Source of the DNA: Octopus bimaculoides
Taxonomy: Eukaryota
Direction of reading: 5' to 3'
Assembly (NCBI RefSeq): GCF_001194135.2
Contig: NC_068987.1
Coordinates: 48,719,746-48,783,745, forward strand
Length of the DNA stretch: 64,000 nt
Shown: one piece after another, positions 40,905 through 53,664 of the stretch
How the letters are laid out: each line of letters begins with the position of its first letter
Position numbering within the stretch: the stretch's first letter is position 1
Program-made: the position numbers and the translations under genes
Notes under the pieces: generated by a model
Told to the model about the DNA's origin: nothing
Databases searched by the model: none
What the model saw: the letters and a program-made list of their open reading frames with translations, nothing else

Positions 40905-42287
40905 CTTTTGGAGTTGATAAAATAAGTACAAGTTGAGTACTGACAATGCTGTAACTGACAATCTCCTTCCCCTGAAGTTGCTGACCATGTGCCAAAATTT
41001 GAAAGCAATATTATTTATCAACAGTAATGAGCTAAAAATGTTGAAACCTGACATATTGCTTGACTACGTTAATCTGAAGTAAACCATCCATCCTCTCACA
41101 CACACACACATCTCGGGTTCATTCCCACTGCATCACACCTTGAATAAGTGTTTTTTACTATAGCACCTGGAATATCAATGCTTTGTGAGTGGATTTTGTA
41201 ACTGAAAGAAACCCATTGTGTGTGTAAATGAGCATCAATGACATACAGATGATGTTGTTTTTTCTCAGTCTGCCATGGAAAACATGTCTGGCCATGGAGG
41301 AAATATTACTCTACTTGGAAATGTGGAAATGTATTTGTGTTATTTGGAAGTTGAGCCTCATAGAAGATGAAAAATGATCAAGATGATTGGTGATTTGCTG
41401 TGCTTGAGAAGACCCAGCCCTCTGTGCCAGTAAAAGCATATTGCTTATGTCTATGCCCTTGCACCAAATCTGCCCCTGACAAATCTCTCTACCACTCTCC
41501 CACTCAGGAACTGCTTCCTTTTCCCCATACATTCTCAGTATAATCCCTTTCCCCCTTATTTTCCACTGAACATCCCCTTCCACCTCTTCTTTTTCCCCTG
41601 ATATTGCCTTTCGTTTTGCCAATGTGTAAGCTTTCCTCTATTACTTTGGTTCATCTATTATTTCCATCCTCCACGCACTTCACATCATCTGTGCTGCCAC
41701 CTGTTGCCTCCCTGACCCACTCTTTATTCCTCCACCTAACCCTCCAGTTGATATTCATGATTGACCACACCTCCACCTGTGTTCACTTCTCCATTTCTTT
41801 CTATCCATCTGCCACTTTCCTCTCACACTCATACAAACTTACCCACCCACTCCACTTATATTCACCTTCCTGTAACTTGAGGATGCTCCCTGACACATCT
41901 TTATCACCATCTTACTTTTCCAAGTGAAGTAAGCATAGATCCCCCGACAGCAAGGTACCTGTTCCTGTCTGTCTTTTATATTTTAGCCTCTCATCACCTG
42001 AGACTCATATTGAAGACTCTTGTCAGCTGAGTTACTTGGTGACCTCACTAGTGCTGGTGCCATGTAAAGAGCACTCAGTACACTCTGTGAAGTGGTTGGC
42101 ATTAAGGACATTCAGCTGTAGAAACCATGCCAAAGCAAACATTAGAGTTTGGTGCAGTCCAATGGCTTGCCAGCTCCTCTGTTGAACCATCCATGCCAGT
42201 ATGGGAAATGGACGTTAAATAATAATGATTTCTCTTTCTCCCCCCCCCCCCNNNNNNNNNNNNNNNNNNNNNNNNNNNNNNNNNNNN

Positions 42288-42323
<36 letters not shown>

Positions 42324-42993
42324 TCATTGTTTTACTGTCTACTTCTCCATACAGAGTACATTGGGGCAGAGTTTTCTACAGCCTGAAGCCTTTCCTGTTC
42401 CCAGCCCCACTTAATTTCCAAGTGAGGTAATAATCTGCCTGTCTAGCAAACAACAAACAATTCAGACATGTTTACATGGAGATCTAAAAACAAACTACAC
42501 CATATGAAAAAGTCTTTATTTTATAAAGATCAAACAATGTTGAGACATGTCAACAAGCATGGACATGATTTTATGATAGATTGCAAGCAAACAATACTGT
42601 TCACAAAGCCACAGTGAGCAAAACACATGTAGATGAGGAAATATTCTCTCTCTATATATATATATCACACAGAGAGAGAGAGAGACAAACAGACAGATGC
42701 TCCTTTCAGTTTCTAAATACCAGATTCACTCACATGGCTTTGGTCAGTCAGGAGCTATAGTTGAAGGCACTTGCTGTCTTTAATTAATTGTGTACAGACC
42801 ATACTGAGCTGACAAGAACAGTCATTTTATGTTATCATTGACAATATTACGGGCTTCTGTTTCTTAATCAACAATTAGAATTAATCAAGATTTTCCTCTG
42901 CTTTTTTCATTTCATTTAATTTTTCATCCTGTTATTTATTAATTTCCTTTCCTTTGCAATACATACATATGCATGCATGCACGGGCACACACA

Positions 42994-43035
<42 letters not shown>

Positions 43036-43458
43036 NNNNNNNNNNNNNNNNNNNNNNNNNNNNNNNNNNNNNNNNNNNNNNNNNNNNNNNNNNNNNNNNN
43101 NNNNNNNNNNNNNNNNNNNNNNNNNNNNNNNNNNNNNNNNNNNNNNNNNNNNNNNNNNNNNNNNNNNNNNNNNNNNNNNNNGATATTGTGTGCGTGCGCG
43201 TGCGTGTGTGCGTGCATGAGAGAGAGAGAGAGAGGGGGAGAATACTCTTTCTACTATTGGCACAAGGCCTGAAATTTTAGGGGAGGGGACTAGTCAATTA
43301 CATCAACCCCAGTGATCAACTGGTACTTATTTCATTGACCCTGAAAGGATGAAAGGCAAAGTCCACCTCAGCAAAATTTCCATTCAGAATGTAAGGACAG
43401 ATGAAATGCCACTAAGCATTTTGTCCAGAGTGCTTATGAATCTGCCAGCTTGCTACCT

Positions 43459-43502
<44 letters not shown>

Positions 43503-43917
43503 ATAATTGGCAGTATGTCTACCTCTCTGTTGGCTTGTCCCCTCAAGGGAAATAACTCTAATATTGTTGGATTCATTTCCTTGCATGCCACACACACGTG
43601 TGTGTGTATATATAAATATAATGGTGTTACTTACATGGAAGTTATGTTTGAGATGAATTTCTGATTGCCAGTTGAATCTTTTTAACTCTTTTTTGCACTC
43701 TACTATGTGGTTAGGATGGTTAACATCTCTCATCAGACATGTATTCTAAACACTTAAAATAATGACACAAGCCTAACTCAGTGTTTGACAATAATGGTGT
43801 GTTTCATATAATTATGTATATGTATCTTTGACTCTGTGTTTACATGTATGCATGTTTGACTGTGTATGTAGGTGTTTATGTATTTATATATGTATTTTAT
43901 GTTATTTATATATTCAG

Positions 43918-44038
43918 TGTAAAGGGGATTTGGTTCCTCATGTTACCCCTCAGACTGTAGCATGTTGTGATGGGGAAGATTACTGCAATAGAGATTTGAA
44001 GCCCACATTCATAGAACGGAGTACAACTCCAATTCCTG
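43918..44038 (+). CDS. BMPR1: BMP type I receptor, Cys-box exon
   Basis: Acceptor TATATTCAG, donor CTG|GTAAGT; phase 0 to 1. CKGDLVPHVTPQTVACCDGEDYCNRDLKPTFIERSTTPIP completes the 10-Cys pattern. CCDGEDYCNRDL closely resembles the Drosophila Tkv Cys box CCDKEDFCNRDL (from memory). Confidence 0.95.
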
Positions 44039-45795
44039 GTAAGTATACACTTTTTCATTTCTTGACTGATTTTTGCTGATCAATATTTTTCTCTGTGGTT
44101 GATGTACACATGAATATTGTAATACATCCATGATGGTGCAAATCTATTCAAAACCTCATAGCTAATTAGCCAATGAGTGAGCTTCTAAGTGGTTGGCCAA
44201 CCTGTTAAAAATAATAGCACCGTAATGCACAATTTAATGAACTTACCTTGTTTTGCTTACTCCCATCCTCATTGCTGTGAGTCAGAAACCATGGATGCAT
44301 ACACCATTTCTCTCCATTGATTCTTACTACTGGTCCTGGTTGTGCACTTAACCACAGGTCTTCCAGTCCATTCATTGATGTCACCTCTTCCTCAATTCTC
44401 ATTGGCTCTTCCCTTTAACATGTGGGTGCTGAGGACATGCCCAAAATTCTACAGGTTTCTCTTCCTGTCAATTACCATAAATGAACTAATCAGTCAGTGT
44501 TTATTGTTGTTACACAGCTCTGTTCTTGTTGGCATATTGCCTCATATTTTAGGACTTGAATGAAACACCTAAGTTTTAAAAGATGGAAAACACCTTGTTT
44601 AATGAACTGTTGAACTTTCTGATTGAGTCTAAAGATTAATTTTATTTCTGGAAACAACTATACACAGTGATGATAATAATAACATATGAAAAGTAATTTT
44701 TTAAAAAAATTGTTGCTGCCAAATGATTTTCTCAATTTTTAAAATTTCACATAGTTATAAAAATTCTGTAAGATGGTACTAGTTCTTTTGGAGGTATTTT
44801 TCAGTTTTTATTTGCTTATTTTTAATGTTTATATGACATAGGTTTTAATGCTTATTAGTAAATTTGAAATACTGAAGTGTAAAGGCCATAGTAGTAACAG
44901 TAATAGAAAAGACAGAAGCCAGCAAGTCTGTAGGCCAGAGACAGGGTTTTTTGGTGTGCAGTCTCTTGCCAATCAGTTGAGTGGTCATTTCTCAGATATG
45001 ACCTAGGATGCCTGTGTGTGTAATATCATCAGCAGCAGCAGCAGTAACAACAGCTGTACTATCTAAGACATGGGAGTAATACTTCATTGTGGATCTAATT
45101 TTTGTAGAGTATCAGCAGTTGTTCTGGGCTGAAGTATTTTCTGGCTTTGCTGTTCTGTTACAACATACCAAACATAAATGAATAACTGATAAATGTATAA
45201 TTCACTTAGCTCTATCTTTTCTTATTTATTATATGATTAAATAAAAACAAATAATTGCTTCAGTTTAATTGAAGTTTAATTATTACCCTAATATATATTT
45301 GTGTTATTCGTTATCATCATTTAATGCCCATCTTCCATGAGGGCATGAGTTGCATGGTTTGACAGGAGCCGACAAGCCCAAGGGTTGCATCAGGTTTCAA
45401 TGCCTGCTTTGGTATCGTTTCTGCAGCTGGATGCCCTTACTGATGCCAATCATTTTACATGTTTCGGATGCTTTTCTCATGGCACAAGGACTAGTGAGAT
45501 TGCCATGCAGCTTGGAAGACTAAGCTCTCCACCAACTGACTGGGTGTATAGTAGAGAGGGAGGCAGTTTGAAGGATTACAGTGTTAGAGATGGGACCAGT
45601 ACAGAATATGAGTGGCCAGGGTAGAGTTAGAAAGAGATAAAAAATAGTAGGAATGAGTAGACTCTCAAGATAGGTGAGTAAAGGTGGGTGGGGACAGGAG
45701 AAAAGATGTGTGGGTGGGTAGAGGTTGTAAAAGCGCATGGCTATATTTGCGAGAATATATTTGTGCTATTATTTTTTTTTTATTAATCTTTTTAG

Positions 45796-45904
45796 GTCCT
45801 CAAACTGATACCAACTTTAACAATACCTGCAAAATTGTTGTTGCAGTTTCACTATTATTTTGTGTAATATTGTTAATTATAGCAATGCACTGGGGTCATC
45901 AAAG
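45796..45904 (+). CDS. BMPR1: BMP type I receptor, transmembrane exon
   Basis: Acceptor ATCTTTTTAG, donor AG|GTAAGT; phase 1 to 2. GPQTDTNFNNTCKIVVAVSLLFCVILLIIAMHWGHQ is in frame with the preceding exon and contains a single hydrophobic span. Confidence 0.9.
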
Positions 45905-46410
45905 GTAAGTCATCTGTTGGTTTTGCTTTCCTCCATTTTTTACACCAACCTGCCAGCAACCATCGCTTATTCTATGATACAAACTTCTTCTTTTAAAGTA
46001 ATCCAGATTAAAACCTTCCATTAAAATTTCCATTTAATTTGTTCCAAACATCAGGTTGATAATAACAAAGTTGTATTATTTTTTCATTTTTTTCAAAATT
46101 AATTTCATTATTTTCAAAATTAATTAAATTCAGTGTATTTCAACCAAAGTATGGCAACAAAAGCCTTATTTAATAATAAAAAGATTGTTTTGTTTTTTTT
46201 ATCCAAGATTTATCTTCAAATTCTTATATTTTCTGGTGGGAGGATGAATTAGGCTGTTGTGGCATACAACAGCTTGATAGTTATGGTAAAGGTGCTGGTG
46301 TGGCATACAACAGCTTGATAGTTATGGTAAAGGTGCTGGTGTTAAGTTTGAAATTCACTGCTGCACTTGTTTGGTCTCAAAGCAAACCTGTGCAGTTGAT
46401 ACAAGTTGGA

Positions 46411-47612
46411 GACTAGTTATTGCACTACCACCCTACTATAAATGTATATTTAACATATCACTGCTTGACCAATCTTTAGTTCATGGCTACAACCAAACTC
46501 AGTCACACATTCTTTGTGTCCATATGCACCCCTATTGATACAAGTTGGAGATATGAAAATAGTTTGTTGGAAGATATATACAAAAAAATATGTATTTGCA
46601 TATAGAGATACTTGATGAATGCATGGTCATAATCACTTGATAATGTTAGCTCCTCTTCTTTTGCCTCAGATTGTTATTATAGTACAAGTATTTGCTGTGT
46701 CATTTAGGTTAGGCATTTAATTTATTTAACTTAGGCTATATGGGAAAAGGATGCTTTTAGTGTTGGGAGGTGGAATGATCTTGCTGTCGCCTGAAATGCC
46801 ACAAGGCACAGTGAGAACTGAATGAATGAATATATGGGAAAATAGCTTTGGTGGAACCCATGTCATATGTTTCAAAACAATTTAGAAATGCCTTTTTATG
46901 GGGTTTTGCAAAGAACTAGAAGTATTTTTTGTATGAAGGTGTTTCACTTCTGGATGAAATTATTGCAGATTATTACATCATATAGTATTGTAAGCTTGTT
47001 ATTCTATGTATACTTTATGTCCAGCTAAGTGACTATAACTCACCAGAAGTTAGGAACAATTGTGTGAAGTCTGCTTTACTGATGAGGTCAAGTGCTTGTA
47101 TAATGGTTCAAGCACCTGGGGGAAAAGACAAACCTCATAAACTGAGGTTTGTAAACTGAGTTTGTAAGCAGCTTTTGAGTCTCAGCTTGAGCTTACTAAT
47201 AATATCCTTAGTATTCTTTGAGTTCAACTTTACAATATTTTTTATTCATGTTTAGCAGTGTTTTCAAAGGGGGTGGTGGAAAATTTTATATGAGTCCTGG
47301 GGACCAAGAGGACAGTAATGAAGAGCAAGTGGTGCCCCCACTATATATAGTTTAAGTCTTTGTCTCCTATTTAAATATCAACCTTTAAAATATTTAAATG
47401 TAATATCATGATGAACTGTTTGCCAGGCAGAATCACAACTATAACAAATATAAATTGGAATATGAAGATAGATTTCACTCGATAACTACAGGGGTGCATA
47501 TGGACACAAAGAATGTGTGACTGAGTTTGGTTGTAGCCATGAACTAAAGATTGGTCAAGCAGTGATATGTTAAATATACATTTATAGTAGGGTGGTAGTG
47601 CAATAACTAGTC
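46411..47612. repeat. Perfect 123-bp inverted repeat (46411-46533 / 47490-47612)
   Basis: Base-by-base reverse-complement identity. The left copy is bracketed by the 17-bp direct repeat TTGATACAAGTTGGAGA (46396-46412, 46535-46551). Confidence 0.95.
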
Positions 47613-47899
47613 ACCAGCATTAAACTAGTATCCAGAACCAAATTACTATGGCCTGATATTATGTGCATGCACATCACAATGGGGGGCATGCATTGACTTG
47701 TAGCAAGGGGACATTGAAAAGTTGTTACTAAAAAAAAAGGGGGCAATAGGTGAAAACATTTGGGAAAATGGGCTTCCTGGATATGAAATAATTACATGAT
47801 AAATTCGGTAGCCTCTCAAGTATAAACTTGATGTTTTGTAAAGATTTATGTAATCCTCTTAATACCAATCTGTTATAAATCAGTCATACTAAATGTTCA

Positions 47900-48902
47900 T
47901 CTATACTATATATAAAACAGAGATGTGTGTGTAATCGCTTTTCACGTGAAATCGACTTCACCAAATGCTTCCATACTTGTGATGCGTGAATAATTTGACC
48001 TCGGATAAATCTTAGGCTCTTCATTTGATTTTTTTAATTAAAAATAAATAATATTGCTTTATATTTAAGATTCACTTCTTTAAAAAGGTTCCTCAATGTC
48101 AACTTCCGGTATTGACGTAACAACGGCAAAAAGCTTTCNNNNNNNNNNNNNNNNNNNNNNNNNNNNNNNNNNNNNNNNNNNNNNNNNNNNNNNNNNNNNN
48201 NNNNNNNNNNNNNNNNNNNNNNNNNNNNNNNNNNNNNNNNNNNNNNNNNNNNNNNNNNNNNNNNNNNNNNNNNNNNNNNNNNNNNNNNNNNNNNNNNNNN
48301 NNNNNNNNNNNNNNNNNNNNNNNNNNNNNNNNNNNNNNNNNNNNNNNNNNNNNNNNNNNNNNNNNNNNNNNNNNNNNNNNNNNNNNNNNNNNNNNNNNNN
48401 NNNNNNNNNNNNNNNNNNNNNNNNNNNNNNNNNNNNNNNNNNNNNNNNNNNNNNNNNNNNNNNNNNNNNNNNNNNNNNNNNNNNNNNNNNNNNNNNNNNN
48501 NNNNNNNNNNNNNNNNNNNNNNNNNNNNNNNNNNNNNNNNNNNNNNNNNNNNNNNNNNNNNNNNNNNNNNNNNNNNNNNNNNNNNNNNNNNNNNNNNNNN
48601 NNNNNNNNNNNNNNNNNNNNNNNNNNNNNNNNNNNNNNNAATTACTCTTGTGAGGATATTCACGTAAATCATTTTTTTCATTTAATCCCCATTTTAATTT
48701 TCGTAAAAGTTTCCAAGTACCAATGAGGCTTTTTGGCACATCTTCAATTTTCCCCATTCATGAGAGGCGCCCAGCCATCATTCATCTGAGAGTCCATCTA
48801 CAGAATGTCCTCTCAAATTTCTATACAGCATATTTTGCCTTTTTTTCTTCAAGTATATAAGCAACAATTTCATTCCCGAGCAACGCCGGGTGCCTCTGCT
48901 AG
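47900..48902 (+). mobile_element. Non-autonomous Helitron
   Basis: A|TCTATACTATATATAAAAC 5' end, subterminal GC stem CCCGAGCAACGCCGGG and CTAG|T 3' end; inserted at an AT with no TSD. Internal N gap at 48139-48640. Confidence 0.85.
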
Positions 48903-49730
48903 TATTTAAATAAAAATCTCAGTCAAAACATTACATTAATGATAGTGCAAGACTCCAATGCTAAACAGCAGTTCTCTGTATCCTAATTTATAAAATAAGA
49001 TATTTTGTTACTTAAACCCCACCTAAACCTTGATGTTTAATATTATTTGAAACCCTTTTTACTCAGACTACTCATAATTGAGTAGAAATTGAGTCATAAA
49101 TGGTTCAAGCCATTCAGATATTCTTTATGTAAATATGATTTTATTAGGAAACAGTTAAAACAAGTGTGAACTATTTGATAAAGACATTTATAATGTAAAG
49201 AAAAAAGAAAAAAAAAAAACTCTGGTAATTTCAACACTTGGTTTAACTATCTTCATGTTATAAAATTTGACTATCATTTTTTCACAAGCACACGTATTGC
49301 ACTGTTGTAAACACTATTTAGGGAACTGTTATCAACAGGATGTCAATGAGATTATTCTGGAAAGAATACATTAACATCTTTTGAAATGGTAATAGAGCTA
49401 GTTCTTAGGTTCACGACAGGATATTTTAAGGCTGCCTCTGATGTTGACAGCTGCACTTCTTTTGTTTAAAGGTTGCACAATAGCAGCAGCTGTTCACTCC
49501 AATTTTACCTTTTTGTTGTAAACTGCTAGAATTTCATGTTGAGCAGTGAAAATGCTGCTTCGTTACTGTGATACTTCAATTTCTTTACCATTGCAGTTGG
49601 AAGACACTATTCAGTGTGTATATATTTTAGTTCAACATACCCATGTCTTTTATCTGACGCTTAATAGAGTATAAGCCTGAAAAATGTATCTTGTTCTTTT
49701 ATTTGTTCAGCCACTTGCTTGTCTAATTTA

Positions 49731-49890
49731 CCGTATCTTAACATGTATAAGGAACCCCCTAATCTTTTGGGCTTAAAATTTGGAAAAAAGGTTTTGTAAG
49801 GGATTATAATACTATCCATGTATAAGAAACTCCCATTTTTTTAACCTAATTTTTGACAAAAATGGGTTCCTTATATACGTTAAAATATGG
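49731..49890. mobile_element. 160-bp Tc1/mariner-superfamily (pogo/Tigger-like) MITE
   Basis: TA|CCGTATCTTAACATGTATAAGG ... CCTTATATACGTTAAAATATGG|TA, with TA duplication and subterminal repeats. Confidence 0.75.
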
Positions 49891-50435
49891 TAATTATCAT
49901 TGATAACAAAAGTTATAAATAATGCAACAGATTTTCAATTTTAAATATTTTTTTATTGATGGATTGAAGGTATTTATGCATAGCTTTGGGACACTATGTA
50001 TGAAATAATTTTCATTGGGAAGTGAATGTCATGTGGTGTGTGTGTAGCAAGAAGCTTGCTTGCCAACCACATGTTTCGGGGTTCATTCCCACTGTATGGC
50101 ACTTTGGGCAAGTGTCTTTTACTGTAGCCTTGCGCCAACCAAAGCCTTGTGAGTGGGTTTAGTAGGCGGAAACTGAAAGAAATTCGTCTGTGCGTGTCCC
50201 ACTAGTGCTGGTGTGTTTACATTGCCGTAACTTATCAGTTTGGCAAAAGAAACCAGTAGAATAAGTACTCTGGCTAATACGTTTGACTAAAAATTCTTCA
50301 AGGTGGTGCCCTAACATAACTGCAGTCATAAAATTACTCTGGAAGATGGGAATTAATAAGTGGTGTCTAGAAAAAATAGCATAGGAGCTTTTTGTGAGCA
50401 CACACAAAAACGTTTCCCATAAACGAACTTAAAGG

Positions 50436-50466
<31 letters not shown>

Positions 50467-51574
50467 NNNNNNNNNNNNNNNNNNNNNNNNNNNNNNNNNN
50501 NNNNNNNNNNNNNNNNNNNNNNNNNNNNNNNNNNNNNNNNNNNNNNNNNNNNNNNNNNNNNNNNNNNNNNNNNNNNNNNNNNNNNNNNNNNNNNNNNNNN
50601 NNNNNNNNNNNNNNNNNNNNNNNNNNNNNNNNNNNNNNNNNNNNNNNNNNNNNNNNNNNNNNNNNNNNNNNNNNNNNNNNNNNNNNNNNNNNNNNNNNNN
50701 NNNNNNNNNNNNNNNNNNNNNNNNNNNNNNNNNNNNNNNNNNNNNNNNNNNNNNNNNNNNNNNNNNNACACACACACACACACACACATGCACATACATA
50801 CCTTCTTAGATATATAGGTGGGTGTCTCACTAGACAGTAGTGTTCGTCTCCACTGTACATGTGTCATTGTTGGCATCATTGTCATTTTAACATCCACTTT
50901 TCCATGCTTGCGGGTATCAGATTGAATTTATTGAGGCAAATTTTCTGCTGCCTGTTTTCAAGTAAGGTAATATTTCCCCATGGCCAGACATATTTTCATG
51001 AAAGTTTGAAAATGAAGGACACTGTTTGTACAATGGTGATGTTTGTTTTCAACTGTGGCATAGTGACAAGATGACGATACAAGGAGACATTACATATGTG
51101 CACACATAGATGGGTGTCTTTGAGTTTCTGTCTACCAAATCCACAAACAAAGCTTTGGTTGGCGCTGTACTACAATAGAAGACACTCAACCAAGCTACCA
51201 GCAGTGGGTTTAAACCCAAAATTATGTGATTGGAAAGCAAACTCCTAAACCTCTCAACCAGGCATTACATAATATATGTACATATTTATGTTATGTTAAG
51301 ATTTTTTTTGTGTCTGAGGAGGATTTTTATGCCAATATGAAACATGCACTGGTTTTATTTCACATCTTTTATTATTATTAAGAAATTGATTAATCAAACT
51401 ACTTAATTGGTTAAATGGTTAACTAATAATAATAAAAGAAGTGAAATAGAACCAGTTCCTTATTAGCATTGTGACCCTCCCAAGATGTAACAAAATCTAT
51501 TTCAACACAATTACTCATCATGAATTTTGCTAACCAAATGCAAAAACATAATGATACTTTTATCATGATTTTAA

Positions 51575-51790
51575 TTTAACCCTTTAGTGTTCATGCTATT
51601 CTGTCAAATGCAATGCTTATTTTTTTCACATTGTTTAGAATTAATCAGCCATTATCTTGTAACTGAGATTTTAATGATGTGACTATTTTTAAAATGATAT
51701 TGTTAAGTAGGCATTAGAGGCTAGATCTGATGAATTTAAGCCTAAAATGGGTAGAATATTTTGGCTGGTTTAAATGTTAAAGGCTTAAAT
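51575..51790. mobile_element. ~220-bp TTAA MITE, second family (TTAACCCTTTAG...TGCTAAAGGGTTAA)
   Basis: Copies in the opposite orientation at ~17080-17310 and 60918-61146 share CTGTCAAATGTAATGCTTAT...AATTAATC. Confidence 0.75.
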
Positions 51791-52881
51791 ACAAACACTT
51801 TGGTTTCAGGTGTGTTAGTATTAAGTGTTAAGCAGAAATCAGTTGTCCTATCTAGGGTACTGTAAAGCAACCAATCCTACATATTACTGCCTCAACAATC
51901 TTCTCTGCAAGATATTTTTTGTTTTCTTTTTCTTTTAAATTTCTATTATTAATTTTGTTATTATAGCCTGTTTTATCTGTCCTCCTCCTACTTAAAAAAA
52001 ACTTGAGTGCATTTTCCTTGTCATCTTGAACTTCAATGACTCTACTTCAGAGTCATTATCTTATTTGTGGTTATTAAGTGTGAAAACTGAGATAGTCCAA
52101 CTTATCACCAACAAACACATTAACTTAAAAGAAGAAAAAAAAAATGCTGGGGCTAAACAACTCTATTTACTAAAATAGTAGCTGCTGTATGTAGCTACTC
52201 CAGCCACTTAGGCCTTGCAAACTGCACACCAAACTATCCACAAAGTCCTCCTCACTCTCTTCCTCCATCTCACATGCCAGCAACACTTCAGATCACTACA
52301 ATTACTACGAGTAAATTTTCCATCTCATCCACATGAAATAGATTAATTATAATAATAACAGCAACAACAACCCTGCTTATTACATCAAATTAACTGCAAT
52401 TGTTGATTGTTTACATTAGGCCCAAATACTGAGCTAGGCTGTCAACTATTAACTACTAATACATCCCTCAGGAATTGAGACTGTTGTGTACTGACTGGGT
52501 TAGTCCTGCCTGACTCCTCTGAGCCATTATAGAAGCTTTTGATCATATGTAAACATAAGATATAGGCACAGTCGTGGTTGTTTAGTTCAGGAATTTGTTT
52601 CCCAACCACTTGGTTACAGGTTCAGTCTCACTATGTGGTACCATAAGCAAGTGTTTTCCCTATAATTCTGGGCCAACCAAAGCCTTGTGACTAGATTTGC
52701 TAGATGGAAAACCAAAGAAGATTGTCGTGTGTGTGCGCGTGTTAGTGTCTCCCCGTCTTGACATGGTGTGACATCATATAAGCAGTGTCTTTCTGTGAAA
52801 ACATGTCTGGCCATGGAGAAATATTACCTTACTTGTAAACATGTGAGGGCTGGTGATGGGAAGGGCATTAAGCCATAGAAA

Positions 52882-53380
52882 ATCATCATCATCGTTTACC
52901 GTCCGCTTTCCATGCTAGCATGGGTTGGACGATTTGACTGAGGTCTGGTGAAACTGGATGGCTACACCAGGCTCCAATCTGATTTGGCAGAGTTTCTACA
53001 GCTGGATACCCTTCCTAATGCCAACCACTCAGGGAGTGTAGTGGGTGCTTTTATGTGTCACCCACACGAAGGCCAGTCAGGCGGTACTGGCAACGGCCAC
53101 GCTCAAATTGGTGCATTTTATGTGCCACCTGCACAAGAGCCAGTCCAGGGGCACTGGCAACGATCTCTCTCGAAAATCCCACGAAGGCCACCAGGCGGCA
53201 CTGGCAACGGTCACGCTTAAACTGGTGCATTTCATGTGTCACCCGTACAAGAGCCAGTCCAGGGGCACTGGCAATGATCTCGCTCGAAAATCCTACNNNN
53301 NNNNNNGGGCACTGGCAATGATCTCGCTCGAAAATCCTACGACGGCCCCGCACAAGAGCCAGTCCATGGGCACTGGCAAC
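52882..53380 (-). mobile_element. RTE 3' UTR copy inserted antisense into a SINE tail
   Basis: The SINE tail stops at ...AGCCATAGAAAATC (52880) and resumes at CCTCAAT...CCATGCAAGC (~53382). The insert has a (CAT)n tail and ~60-bp subrepeats. Confidence 0.85.
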
Positions 53381-53664
53381 GGCCTCAATATATTCCATTC
53401 AGACCATGCAAGCAAGGAAAAAAAAAGCAGACATTAAAACAATGATAACAAATGGCTATTGATTGGTTTGAGTAAATATCTTATAACACTTATTTAGCAA
53501 CAATTAGATTATTAGGAGACTAATGGATTGTGATCCTCCAAAATCTGCACTTTATAACAATTGATAATAGTTGCTAAATTATTTCATAATTTCAAGTTCT
53601 GTTATTAGTTCCTCTACATAAAATTCTTACTAGAAATATTAATTTGTAAAGTTAGCGAGATCAA

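Noticed and set aside
45905-45908. Stop codon immediately after the TM exon on intron read-through (decoy isoform)
   Set aside because: Any phase-2 GTAAGT donor gives an in-frame TAA, so this is not evidence of a regulated isoform.
47078-47135. CTGATGAG followed by a stem-loop (possible hammerhead ribozyme)
   Set aside because: Stem II does not close onto a GAAA core and stems I and III are absent. No hammerhead was found near the Penelope-like fragment either.
47256-47770. Possible hAT MITE around the donor copy of the 123-bp repeat
   Set aside because: The left end looks hAT-like (CAGTGTTTTCAAA), but the right TIR and 8-bp TSD could not be matched.
42700-50200. Oppositely oriented SINEs flanking exons (circRNA potential)
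   Set aside because: At this SINE density any exon has such flanks, and nothing specific supports back-splicing.
52900-53380. Repeat-spacer-like subunits suggesting a CRISPR array
   Set aside because: These are variable subrepeats of a LINE 3' UTR in an animal genome, with no unique spacers or cas genes.
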